Notes under the pieces: generated by a model | What the model saw: only the letters and a program-made list of their open reading frames with translations | The model's database searches: none | What the model was told of the DNA's origin: nothing | In this document: in pieces, positions 49,701 to 63,238 of the stretch | Position numbering within the stretch: the stretch's first letter is position 1 | Layout: each line of letters begins with the position of its first letter | Source: Blastocystis sp. Blastoise | Taxonomy: Eukaryota; Protista; Bigyra: Opalinata | Assembly (NCBI GenBank): GCA_039096225.1 | Contig: JBBPEB010000023.1 | Span: 310,001-374,000 of the forward strand | Length of the DNA stretch: 64,000 nt | Direction: 5' to 3' | Position numbers and translations under genes: made by a program

Positions 49701-52700
49701 TCATGTGGAGAGCTAGATCTCAAAAACAATGCTTTTATATGAATGCTCATACTGAATCTTATAATAATTATAAACTTATTATTACCAAGAGTACTGGTTA
49801 TAATGAAAATGCTGATTGTAATGCTGCTGAATTCCAATTATTAGCTGCTGATTTCACTTCTATTGTTGTTCAACCTTTAACTTATACTCCTGCTACTGTT
49901 CAAGCTTATAAAGATGCTGATATCTCTACTATGACTCCTTCTGATAATTATCATGGATTTGCTATTGTTAGTGGTGTTTTCCCTTCTGGTATTTATCTTG
50001 ATACTAACTCTGGTTTCATTTATGGTAAGCCACTTCAATATGCTCCTACTACTTCTGTTGTCATTTCTGCTAAAACTCCTTTAGGTGTTGTTACTCAAAC
50101 TACTGTTTCTATTACTGTTTCTGGTTGTACTGCTCCTAATACCATTCTTAAACTTGAAATGTATAATAAAGGTGGTAATAGTGGTTCTCAAATGGCTTTT
50201 ATTCTTCAAGATGGTGTTACTTCTCAACAAATTGATATGAGAAGCTCTTTCCCTGATTGGTCTACTACTTATTATTCTTATTGTAGACCTGCTGGTTCTT
50301 ATAAGATTATTGTTACTGATACTGCTAATAATGGTTGGGGTGGTGCTTATCTTCGTGCTTTATATAAGGATAATACTGAAATCGTCAAGATTACTCTTGC
50401 TGGTAATGAATCTCCTAAGACTACTACTTTTGAAATTCAAGCTCTTTCTGGTCCTGATACTATTTCTTGGACTTATTTAAATAGTGCTGTTGTTGCTGCT
50501 CCTACTGGTAATACTTGGACTCAACTTTCTTATTCTCCTGCTGGATGGGTAACTGGTACTATTGATACTATGACTGCTCCTGTAGGTACTACTCAATATT
50601 ATAGAACTTTATTTACTGTTACTAATCCTACTCTTTATGCTGGTTTTACTTATTCTGTTGATTTAATGGCTGGTGCTGTTATCTATGTCAATGGTGTTGA
50701 AGTTGATAGAATTAATATGCCTACTGGCACTATTACGTCTACTACTTTAGCTACTGCTGATTATGCTACTGTTCAAACTATTAGTGGAACTATTCATGCT
50801 CAACATTCTGGTGTTACTTTTATTGCTGGTCAAAATGTATTAGCTATTGAAACTCATAAGGGTACTATTACTCCACAATTCACTTATTTCTCTGCTTCTG
50901 GTTCTATGGTTGAAGAAGGTAAGAATTTAGTTATTAACGGTAATTATGCTACTAATGGTCCTAATTCTGCTGCTTCTGAAAATATTGATAAGGTATTTGA
51001 TGGTTCTGTTGATACTAAATGGTTAGCTCAAGCTGGCTGTACTGGTATTTGGGCTACTTGGACTTACACTAATTCCAGAAAAGAATTTGTTACTTCTTAT
51101 ACTGTAACTAATGCTAATGATTGTAATCAAAGACATCCTTCTGGTTGGATATTAGAAGGTTCTAATGATAATGGTTCTACTTGGGATCTTCTTCATACTG
51201 CTGTAGGTGTTACATTTACTGCTTTTAAACAAGGAAAGACTTTTGATTTCTTACCTACTAAGGCTTATAATATCTATAGATTTACTAGTACTGAATGTAA
51301 TAATGCTCGTATCGAAGGTGATCCTTCTGGTTGTTCTAATGCTAATCTTCAATTATCTGAAATTTCATTCTCTATAAAGAGAATTGCTTCTGTTTGTGCT
51401 GCTACTGCTGATGGATTCCCTGCTGCTGTTGAAGGTGCTTATTCTTATAAGGCTTGTGGTCAATATCTTAGTGGTAATAAGAAGAAGTTATGTACTGGAG
51501 GTGTTTTTGGTGCTGAAGATGCTACTGCTTGTACTCCCACAGCTCCTACTACTTTCACTTATCCTGAATCCTTATATACATTCTCTGTTAGTACTCCTAT
51601 TACTCCTATGATTCCTACTATTGATGCTGTTCAACTTGCTTATACTGTTACTCCTACTCTTCCTTTTGGTTTAGCTCTTGATGCTACTACTGGTACTATT
51701 TCTGGTACTCCTACTATGGGTGCTAATTTAGGTCAATATACTATTACTGCTACTAATAGTGCTGGTACTAAATCTGTTCTTATTCAAATTGTTGTTAATG
51801 GTTCTACTCAACAATATTGTAATGTTGAAGGTTCTTGGCCTATTACTACTCCTGGTTCTATTGCTACTTTACCTTGTCCTGCTGGTCAAACTGGTTCTCA
51901 AACTAGACCTTGTCTTGCTACTTCTCCTCCTACTTGGGGTTCTGTTACTAGTACTTGTACAGCTGCTGGTGGTACTGTTACTGTAACTTATCCTCAAACT
52001 ACTTATACTTTATCTGTTGGTAGTATTGCTTCTATTATTCCTAGTACTACTGGTACTATTAATAGTTGGTCTATTTCTCCTCTTACTCTTCCTTCTGGTT
52101 TAGTATTCCAAAATGGTGTTATTAGTGGTGTTCCTACTGTAGCTTCTAATGCTCAAGTTTATACTATTACTGCTGTTGGTACAAATACTGTTACCGTTAC
52201 TCTTACTATTAGTGTTAGTACTTTAACTTGTCCTGCTGATGGTGAATGGCCTAGTACTGCTCGTGGTGCTACTGCTACTTTAGCTTGTCCTTCTCAATAT
52301 CAAACTGGTTCTAGAACTAGACAATGTCTTAATACTGATCCTGCTACTTGGGCTGCTGAAGTTAATTCTTGTGTTTATGCTCAACCTGTTATTGCTTATA
52401 ATCCTGCTACTATTAGTACTAATATCAATGTAGCTATTACTCCTGTTACTCCTACTATTACTGGTTATGCTACTTCTTGGACTATTACTCCTACTCTTCC
52501 TTCTGGATTAGTATTCAATGCTGCTAATGGTCAAATTTCTGGTACTCCTGTTGTTGCTGCAGCTACTTCTTCTTATCTTGTTACTGCTACTAATCCTAAT
52601 ACTAGTGGTACTACTTCTATTTCTATTACTGTTATTAATCCTCAATGTGCTGCTGATGGTACTTGGCCTGTAACTGCTGCTGGTCAAACTGCTACTCTTG

Positions 52701-53785
52701 CTTGTACTGATACTCAAAAAGAAGGTCAAATGACTAGAATTTGTGGTTCTAATGCTATTTGGGGAGCTGTTAATGATGCTTGTACTTACAAAGCTCCTGT
52801 TGTTACTATTCCTCAACAACAATATACTGTATATAAAGGTGATAATGTAAATATTGTTCCTACTGCTACTAACTATGTTCAATCTTGGACTGTTACTCCT
52901 TCTCTTCCTACTGGTCTTACTCTTAATGCTCAAGCTGGTGTTATCTCTGGTACTCCTACTGCTGCTCAAGGTCAATTAATGTATACTTTAACTGCTCTTA
53001 ATCCTAACAAACAAGGTATTGCTACATTCTATCTTACTATTAACAATAAGGTTTGTAGTGCTGATAGTACTTGGCCTCAAACTGAAGCTGGTACTACTGC
53101 TTATATTCTTTGTTCTGGTTCTACTACTGCTATTCGTTCTCGTGTTTGTACTGTTTCTGGTACTAGTGGTATTTGGGGAACTGAAGATGTTTCTACTTGT
53201 GTTACTGTATCTTCTAATGATAATCCTTCTGCTGATCGTTCTTTTGTTAAATTCCCTATAAGACTTGTTGGTATGTCTGCTGCTCAAATTCAAGGTAGAC
53301 AAATAGCTGCTATTCAAAGAGTATTCTTCAATGCTGTTCAATCTTATGGTGTTGTTGCTACTGGTATTGCTGTTGAAAGTATTTCTGATGGTAATTTCTA
53401 TGCTGCTGGTGCTCAAGTTGTTGTTCGAGTTGATACTGCTGCTACTAATGTAGAAGCTGTACGTTCTACTGTTAATAATCTTTCTAACTCTTTAGCTAAT
53501 AATTTACGTGTTCAAGATAGTACTGCTTTTGCTTCTCTTCAAAGTGCTTCTGTTGATACTGCTAGCGTTAAGGTAACAAATCACAATCCTATGACTACTG
53601 GTATGATTATTCTTATTGTTGTTGTTGTAATCTTTGTTGTCATTGCTGTGGCTATTGTTGTCTTCTGTATTATGAATCGTGCTAAAGGCGCTAAGGGTAA
53701 GAAAGCTCATAAGAAATTAGGTGCTGTCCCTAAGGCTGCTACTAAGGTTCCTGCTAAGAAAGAAGCTAAGGCTACTAAAGTCTAA
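46755..53785 (+). CDS. Large type I cell-surface protein, about 2,240 aa (F5/8C- and galactose-binding-like domains, He_PIG putative Ig repeats, HRM-like Cys modules, one TM)
   Basis: Exons 46755-46794, 46834-47050, 47152-47261 and 47430-53785. Signal peptide; discoidin-like FD...TKW...P..W.L.GSNDNG.TWDLL x3; LP.GL......G.I.GTP x~6; C...G.WP.T..G....L.C......R.C x~5; TM near 53600; Lys-rich tail. Confidence 0.88.
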
Positions 53786-54094
53786 ATAATAATATATTAG
53801 TTTTTTTTTAAATATCCATATCTTTTTCTTTTATTTGAAAATCGTTTTCTTATGTATATTAAATGAAAATATTAGTTTTGATATAATTGTTTTCATAATT
53901 AGTTTCTATTTTGTTTGGTTTGTTTTTTTTTTTTTATTTTTACAAATTTTTTAACATTCTATTCTGACATAATAAGTATAAATGGAAGAAAAAAAACTAA
54001 AAAATTTCTTGATTTTTTGAATAAATTCTGTTATATAAATAAAATTTTCATGATTATAGAGAAAAGAGAAATATTTTTTAAAGATTCATATATC

Positions 54095-56426
54095 ATGGTA
54101 GACACAAGTGAATCAAATTGGGATATTACTGTAAATGATGAAGGTAAGGTAATATATACAAATCGAACAACAGGAATATCCCAAGAAGAAGCACCTTATG
54201 AATCACATCTCAAACAGTGGAGAAATGCTGATCCTGAAATATGGTATTTGATCTTAAGTTATTATTTTATTAAGAAATTTATAATAGGTCTGAGAGAAGA
54301 CAAACAAGTATTAAGCGTGCCACGGGTATTTCATTTTATTCTATTTAAATATATTAATTGATTGTCTAATTTTGTTAAATATATAGTTCATCCTCGTCCT
54401 CGTTGTTTTTTTGATATTAATTTTGGTGATCATGTTGGAGGTCGTGTAACCATTGAAGTATATTTGTTTAAATATCATTTTATGACATTTATGGGTTATA
54501 AATATTTTAATTTTCTAATTTATATAGCTTTTTGCTGATCTTGCTCCATTAGCTGCTTATAATTTTCTTATGTTATGTACTGGAGAATTACCAAATTATG
54601 GAAAACAACCCTTAAAGTACCAAGGATCTATATTTCATCGTATATTACCTTCTGTTGGTGCCATGGGAGGTGACATTGTTCAAGGATTAGGTATTTGCTT
54701 TTTCTATTTATTTATTTATTTTAAAAGTTCATTATATATATATATTGGCTATTTATAATATATTTTAAATATTATATTAATATGTGTTTTTTAAATGAAT
54801 TTAATTTATTTTGTTTTATATAAATATATATATATATTTATGTGGTTATCTTATATATATAGGATATTGTGGTGGTTTTAGTATATATGGTGCTCCTTTT
54901 GATGATGAGAATTTAGAAATGTCCACAAATAAAGAAGGACTATTAATATCTATATCTGATCTACCTAATATGTATATATATATATTGTTGAATTTATATT
55001 ATTTTATTTATGTATTTATATATTTATTTATTTATTTTATATTTATTTAGATATTTATTTATATTATTTTTTTTTTTTTTTATATATTTATATATTTATT
55101 TATATTTATATATATAGGAATTTAAGTCAGTTTCTTATAACTACAGGACCTTGCCCTCAATTTTATGGGAAGAATACTGTTTTTGGTCACGTGATCAAAG
55201 GAATGAGCGTCATTAGATCTGCATGTGCGTATGTTAACGATGCACAAGGTATTCCAAGGTATATATATTTATTTATATTATTATTTTATATTTGTATTTA
55301 TATTTATTTATAGTATTATTTTTATTATATTTATATTTATGTACTATATTTTAATATTTAGTTCTATATATATATATATGTATATAGTGAGATAATAAGT
55401 ATATCAAGAAGTGGTGAGCTGCCTCCCGGTCCAATTCCCGCGGATTTCACGCTTCCTGTGATGCCCTGTGAGAGAGAGAACCCCAACGTTCCAGTTGCTC
55501 CTAAGGCTATTACTGGATCTCATGTTGTTATAGGAGCTAAAGAAGCTTTTATGAAAGAAGCGAATATTATAGAGTATATATATATTATTGGTTATATATA
55601 TAGTTTTATAATGTTTATTATTATGTTTATTACCATTATTATTATGTTTATTATTATCATGTTTTATTAATATATATATATATAGAAACATGGAGAATGG
55701 TGTCAAAAGAAAAGCTGAGGATTCCCACGGGGATGATGGTAAACGTAAGGATATATCAGATAATGATATTCCTATAGATAACGAAGCGAAAGAGAAAGGA
55801 GAAGAAGAAAATAATAATAATAATAATGATAATAATAATAATGAAAATGAAACTAATAATAATGAAAACGAAACTAATAATAATAATGTTCAAGATGGAA
55901 ATAGTATTCCAGCTGATGCAAATGCTAGTTATTATCCGTACAATTACGCATATGCTTCTGGGTACACAAATAATATGGATCCAAATGCATATAATTATAA
56001 CTATTGGAGTTATTATGGTTATAACAATAATGATAATAATAATAATGTTGCTGATTATTCTGTTCAAGGAACTTTCAATGCGAAAACTGGACAATTTATT
56101 GGAAGTGGTATATATATATATATATATGTAATAATAATAATAATAAATTTAATAATAAATATAATAATAATAATAATATATATATATATATAGGAGAAGG
56201 TAGTTATTGGCAAAGAAAGGGTTTATCTGATGATAAAGATGCACGATTTTTATCTTATTTTATGGACCCAACTGCTTTACAAGTAACGGAAACAAAGAAA
56301 AAAGAAAATAAATTACCTTCTGGATTTAAGAATTGGAAAGAGTACGGTCAATTTAAAAAACAACAAAAAAGAGATAAACAAATAAAAGAAATGTTAAAAG
56401 ATCCCACTCAAGATAAAGATGAATAA
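54095..56426 (+). CDS. WW-like domain + degenerate cyclophilin + basic C-terminal domain; 8 introns
   Basis: WDIT..EGKVIYTNRTTGISQEEAP (WW-like); PRCFFDI..GRVTIELFADLAP..AYNF..LCTGE..YQGSIFHRI..GGD..SIYG..FDDEN..SQFLIT..GKNTVFGHV. The frame continues through ORFs 55458 and 55690 to TAA at 56426. Confidence 0.82.
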
Positions 56427-57542
56427 TATATATATATATTTATATGATTTATTATTGATATTTGTTTTTCATTTCTTCGATTAACTATGCTTTTTTTTTA
56501 TTTGTTGTTTATTAATGTTTTTATGTATTTCTTATATACAAATTTCTCATCACTTTTTGTTTTGTTCTATATATATATTAATTAAACTAAACTATACTGA
56601 ATAGTTGTTATGAAAAATATAAATATGATTCATATGCTATATATATAGTGGTATATTGATATATTTACAATGATACTAATTATTATGATTCTTTACAATA
56701 CTAGAAACTATATATATATATATTGAATATGAAACTAAAGGAATGTTTTGATTCTCAAAAAAAGTTATATTTATACAATTAATATATTCAGTCATACTCA
56801 TATATATAATAATGTTTAATTCTATATACTTACAATGGATTATGAATATATCTTATAATTAAAAAAATTCATTTGTTATACAGATAATAATGAATTTATA
56901 ATACATAAAAATGATAACTTGATATCAAATACTATTTATGTTATTCATAAAAGAATGCCATTTTTATAGTTGAACTATATGTTACAAAAGAGTTCTTGTA
57001 AAATTATAATATAAAAACCATCACTCTTGCCAATATGATATAGAAAAAACTTTATTAAGCAAAAGAATAGATTTTACTAAAATAAAACATTTTTAAAAGT
57101 TTTTAAAAAATTTTTTTAATTCATATTTATTTTTTATTATGATCAACAGTTCATGGATATTGTTACAAATGTTTAAAATTATAGTTTAAAAAGAAAAAAT
57201 GAAAATTAGAGTCCTAATCATTAAAATCAAATTATTTATGATATTTAGATATCATTCAATCATTTATAAACATATATTATATAGTCTTTCTTTGTTTATT
57301 TACACTCATTGTCTGATTCTTCATTTAATTACGATAAGCAACTCTAAAGCATATCACATTTCAATACAGCATCCTTATTCAATAAACAATAAAATATAAA
57401 TTGTATAAATAAATCAAAATAGCACAGAAATCAACAAAAATAAAATAAATGTAAATAACCGTAACTACGCAATCATATCTTTTTCATAAGAGAAATTTCA
57501 ACCAAAATTATTTTTTAATTATTATCATTCATTAGTTGAATA

Positions 57543-59144
57543 ATGGTAAAAGAAAAGTTAAGGATTGATGCTGACAAGATTGGTGATATTCAGAATGATG
57601 TAATTCATTTTGAAAGACTGATTAGTGATTTGATTGGAATCTTAAGTAAGTCGATGAGTTTCTGTATTCATTCTGGAGATTCAATAAATGGTCTTCTAAA
57701 GCATTATTTAAATTCTAATGAAAAAGTCAACATGAATAATGACAATAATTCGAAAGTCATAATACAAGAACCTTCTTATGTTCAAAATGAATGTTCAGAA
57801 ATAAGAGATGATAATGGAATTGATTATATTCGATTCAGAGGTGATGGTCCTCTTTATTCTCTTCCAAAAAGAGTAACAAATACTTTAGTAGGTAGTTATC
57901 TATATGAACAAGCTCAAAAAGATCAAAGAACAGTTGATGGTAATATATATTTAGATTATCCTTATGATGATTCATGTGCTCCATTACTTATTGATGCGTT
58001 GATGAATAAAAAAATAGATGTTAATCAATTGAAATTAGGTGATCAAATTGATTTATTAAGAATGTTTGAATTCTGTGAATTGTCACTTCCTGAAGAATTA
58101 GTACAGAGTCGAAATAAAAGAGATTACGATATGAAAAAATATGAAGAAGGTGATGAAATTAATTTGATAATTAATGGTAAGAAAGACGTTATTATAAGTG
58201 ATTATTTTACTAAAAATGATTTATGGAAACAATTAGTGAATATATATGGAAGTGGATATATTAATTATGATAAGAGAGAAAATCAATTATATTTAAAGAT
58301 AAATTGTCTTTTTATGAAATATATGTATGAATATATATATACTGGATCTCTTTGTATTCCTTATCAAGAAATAATGAAAATAAATAAATTAACAGTAGAG
58401 AATGAAATGTATAATTTATTTGGTAATAAAGGAGTTGATGCAGTTAATTATGGATGGGATATATATAGGACATTTCAACATTCTTTTATTATTACTAAAG
58501 AATATGATGATATATTAGCTAATTGGCTAGGTAAAGAAAAGAAATGGAAATTATTATTTAGGTATGATTATGTTTATTTATTATTTTGACTAATCTTATT
58601 ATTATTATATATAGAGCAAGTGAACATGATTATTTAGCAAGCGAATTTCATAAATATTGTGATAATAAAGGAGAAACAGTAATACTTATAAAGCATATAG
58701 GCCATAATAATCATATTAATATATTTGGAGGATATACTAATCAAAATTGGTATCCGAATTCAGGTAGTTGTATATAGAATCATAATATAGTAATCATTTA
58801 TTTTATATATAGGTCCACATTATGGTTTTAATGAGTTTCTATTTACTTTGAGTAATGAGCATGGTATTCCTCCCACTAAATATGATATTATCAGAGATAA
58901 TTATAGATCTTCACGTGGTATATATTGTTCTTATTCTTATGGTCCATGTTTCGGTTCTAGTGGCAATGATATACACATATCTGATCAATGTCATAATAAT
59001 TCTAATTCATATTGTTATGCAGATAGTTATCAAGAAATTAATACTGCTCAAAAGAACTCATTATTTGTGAACACTAATAATGCGAATACTCAAAATATTT
59101 TTACTGTTGAAGATTATGAAGTCTGGGGAAGAGATAACAATTAA
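57543..59144 (+). CDS. TLDc-domain protein with degenerate BTB-like N-terminal region; 2 introns
   Basis: KWKLLFRASEH..ASEFHKYCDNKGETVILIK..NIFGGYT..W; FLFTL; YGPCFG; FTVEDYEVW. Confidence 0.87.
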
Positions 59145-59756
59145 TATATTTAAATAATGATATTAATTACAATTATATTTATGTTTTATACTAGAATCAA
59201 TGTTCGATATATATATTAATATATTTTTATTTTATTTTATTTTATTTTTGTTTTTAATAGCATGCTTTATATTTTATATATTTAATTTTTTTTTGGAATC
59301 AGTTTTATACATTTTTCTCTTAAATTATATGTTTATCTATATTTATTTTTCTATTTTGTTTTATATGTAAAAAAATATAATAAATATTTTGTATATAAAA
59401 TCTGTTTTTATTTTATATAACTTGAAAACTATGAAATGAAAATATTTAAAAAATATATATAATGTTTCAGAATTATTGAAAAACTTATAATTTGATACTT
59501 GAGAATAAACATAATAATATAAAATGCTCTATTTTCTTCAATATACATTCATCTGTCAATACTACTATATAATTAAGTAACAAAACAAACAAAATATTAT
59601 TATACATAGAAAAACTATTAAGAAGAGAAAGGATATTTTTATTAATATAAAAATAAAAACTAAAAATAAACAATATTTTATACTAAACACTCAGAAAAAA
59701 AAGAAAATTATAATTATATAAAAAAGAAGAAGAAGTGTATATTAATATATATATAG

Positions 59757-60096
59757 TTATTGTGTATGATCAATTAATCCTGAAGAATAATGAACTTCTT
59801 GTAATGAACCTTGTAGTAATATAATAGGTATATAGGTTTCATTCTTCGTTGCTTGTATATAATCGTCAATAATAACGTTACCGGCACCATCTATCTTATC
59901 CGACTTAAAATGGCCTTCATAAGTAACACCGTTACTCCACGTTAGTGTTCCGCGTCCCTCTCGTTTCCCGCTCTTAAACATCCCTCTATACCGCGTTTTA
60001 TCTATATATGTCATGTCTCCACTTCCTTCCATATTATTCTGCTTATAATAACCATTATAATATATACCATTCTGTAGTTCTAATATTCCACGACCA

Positions 60097-60133
<37 letters not shown>

Positions 60134-60538
60134 TGAAATAATATAGAACTGATTCAATATTATATTATATATATATATACCTCATATCATAAGAATAATC
60201 CCCGCGGTAACTTCCGACGTTTTCCTCAATATATGTGCCATTCCCGTGTTTACGGTCTTCTCTCCATTCTCCTCTATATATTTCATTATTTTTAGATATA
60301 TATGTTCCATTCAAATTCCTCATTCCTTCACGAACATTACCCTATATATATATATAATAAAATATAATATATATATATATAATACATATAATATATATAT
60401 ACATAATATATATCTCCATTATCATAAAAGAATTCACCACTACCACTGATTTTCCCTTCATTAAAATCCCCGTGGTAAATACACTTATTTCCAACATAAA
60501 GTGATCCAGTCCCGTGTTCTTTGTCTTTTGACCATTCA

Positions 60539-60622
<84 letters not shown>

Positions 60623-60703
60623 TATGTATATACATATATGAATTATTATATTTGCATTTTCCTTGTCCTTCTCTCATCCCGTCCTTATATTCACCCTCAT
60701 ATA

Positions 60704-60744
<41 letters not shown>

Positions 60745-61216
60745 TATATATAATATATATATATATAATATACAATATAAATATAATATATATATACTTC
60801 ATTTTTATCATTATAATGTAATTGATATATTTTATTTTCTTCTTTTCCTTTTTTTATACCCTCACTCACGTGATCACTGCAGAACACAAATAATAAATCT
60901 CTATATATATATATATGGATATATATATAATAGATAAAAAAAATAATTTATATATAAACTAAATAGAAATATAGATAATATATATATATGTATATACTTA
61001 GTATCTTGATGTGATAGAAGCATATATCCTTTTATATATTGAGCACAATATACATGCATATAATTATTACAACCATCTACATTACATTTAACAGTCATTC
61101 CCGCGGTTATATGACATAAACAACATTCCTATTTAATATATAATAATAATTATATATATATATATATATATATACATGAGTATCTTTACAAATTTCATCC
61201 ACAGTAATATCATCAT

Positions 61217-61253
<37 letters not shown>

Positions 61254-61667
61254 TGAATATATACAGATTTGCAGTGTTTAAAATATCATCCCCGTGAATA
61301 TGAAGTCTAGGATTGGCTAATGCACATAATATATGTACCCAATAGCCATCTTTTGTACGTTTTAAAGCGCCTCCAGGCCAGGGACATAAACAGCAGGAAA
61401 GAGGAATTTCCGCGGGAATTTGAGAGTTTGACGGTGGAATCGACACATTTTTCTGGGAATCATTGATTTGTTTTTGTTCTTGAGTATTATCAATAGGAGA
61501 ATTCCCGTGATTATCGTTAGGATTCGAAGAAGTTATAGAATCACGGGGATTTTCTATTTTTAAATCAATATCAATAGGATTATTATTATTATTATTATTA
61601 GTAGTAGTAACAGTAGTGATTGAAGTATTATTATTATTATTAGTGGTAGTAGTAGCAGTAGTTGAAG

Positions 61668-61734
<67 letters not shown>

Positions 61735-62151
61735 TTTAGTAATAGTAGAAGGAGTAATAATAATATCATTTATATATGTATGTTTATACATACAAACATC
61801 ACAAACCCATGTAGATAATAAATTATAGGTACTATATATCTTATAACACACCTATATATATATAATATATAATATAAATAAGTATATTAATTTAAATCAT
61901 AATAATAATAATATAAATATAATATAAATATAATAAATATAATATATATTATAATAATAATATATAACTATACTTGATGTGCTAATAGACCACATTTTAT
62001 GCATTTAATAAGAGGATTCAGAGAAGAAGAAGGAAGCAAACATACACTACATATAGTACTACCACTACCTATATATATATATATATATTATTATATATAT
62101 ATATATATATATATATACTATTATTATTATTATATATATTATTATTATATA

Positions 62152-62208
<57 letters not shown>

Positions 62209-62300
62209 ATTATTATTATTATATACCATTATTATGTTTCGTTCTTTTCATTCTTGCAGTTGTTATTACCTAAAAAGAATAATAAATAGAATCATAATAA

Positions 62301-62344
<44 letters not shown>

Positions 62345-63238
62345 TTGTATGGGTACATTATTGATATTCATCGATAACTATATAATAAGCATATAATAAA
62401 TATAATAAATACATAATAATAAATATAATAAATATAATAAACAAATAATAATAAATATAACAAATATAATAAATAAATAATAAATAAATAATAAATAATA
62501 ATAAATATAATAAATATAATAAACACATTATAATAAGCATAATAAGCATATATATAATAATCATATAACAATAAATATAATAAATATAATAAATAAATAA
62601 TAAATATAATATATATACGGGTGTATTATGGATAACATTATTATATATTTTAATTAATTCCATGTTTCCAGTATTAATATTACAAATAACATTACAATCA
62701 AATAATCCATATTCATTTTCACCATGTCCAACTAAATATATAATATTTGGAGTATCTTTATATTCTTCACTGTTAATCCAATATTTTTTAAATTGGACAT
62801 TATCACCTTGAAAAGACAATCGATATGCTTCATTCACAGGATAACGACTATTTTCATATTTGAAATATCCTTCAAATACACCTGATAACTCAGATATAAG
62901 AAGATTCTTTCGATTTTGTAAATAATTAGGATCTGCTTGCTCTTCTGGTGATCGATTCTGAGAATATAATTTATTTAAGACATTTTTATCCTCTTTAGAC
63001 AAAAATGGATGAACAACAGAACTTCGTCTGTAAGAAAAATATCGACGACGCTTCAACACATCTGAAATTTTTGAGATTCTATAATTCCATAATCCTGTCC
63101 ATGATGGTACCTCATCTTCAAAGATTAAATGGCCTTTCATAATTACAGGATTTGCTATAATAGAAATATATTTAGTAATTATTTTCTTTAAAAGATACGT
63201 TCTTCATCTGTAAGCACAATCTCTGTAGTTTCTTTCAT
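59757..63238 (-). CDS. PZP (PHD - Zn knuckle - ePHD) + MORN-repeat protein; about 12 introns
   Basis: PHD: [24 protein letters not shown]. ePHD: [31 protein letters not shown]...C...MHVYCA..FCSDH. About 9-10 MORN repeats follow, up to TAA at 59757. One acceptor is anomalous (60548). Confidence 0.85.

Noticed and set aside
47646-53710. Overlapping and antisense ORFs within the surface-protein gene
   Set aside because: By-products of the extreme NNT codon bias; low-complexity L/S/I/R products.
63156-63198. GTATCTTT donor resembling a GT-AG U12 intron
   Set aside because: No TCCTTAA-type branch site; the intron has a U2-like TACTAA, so the type is ambiguous and not called.
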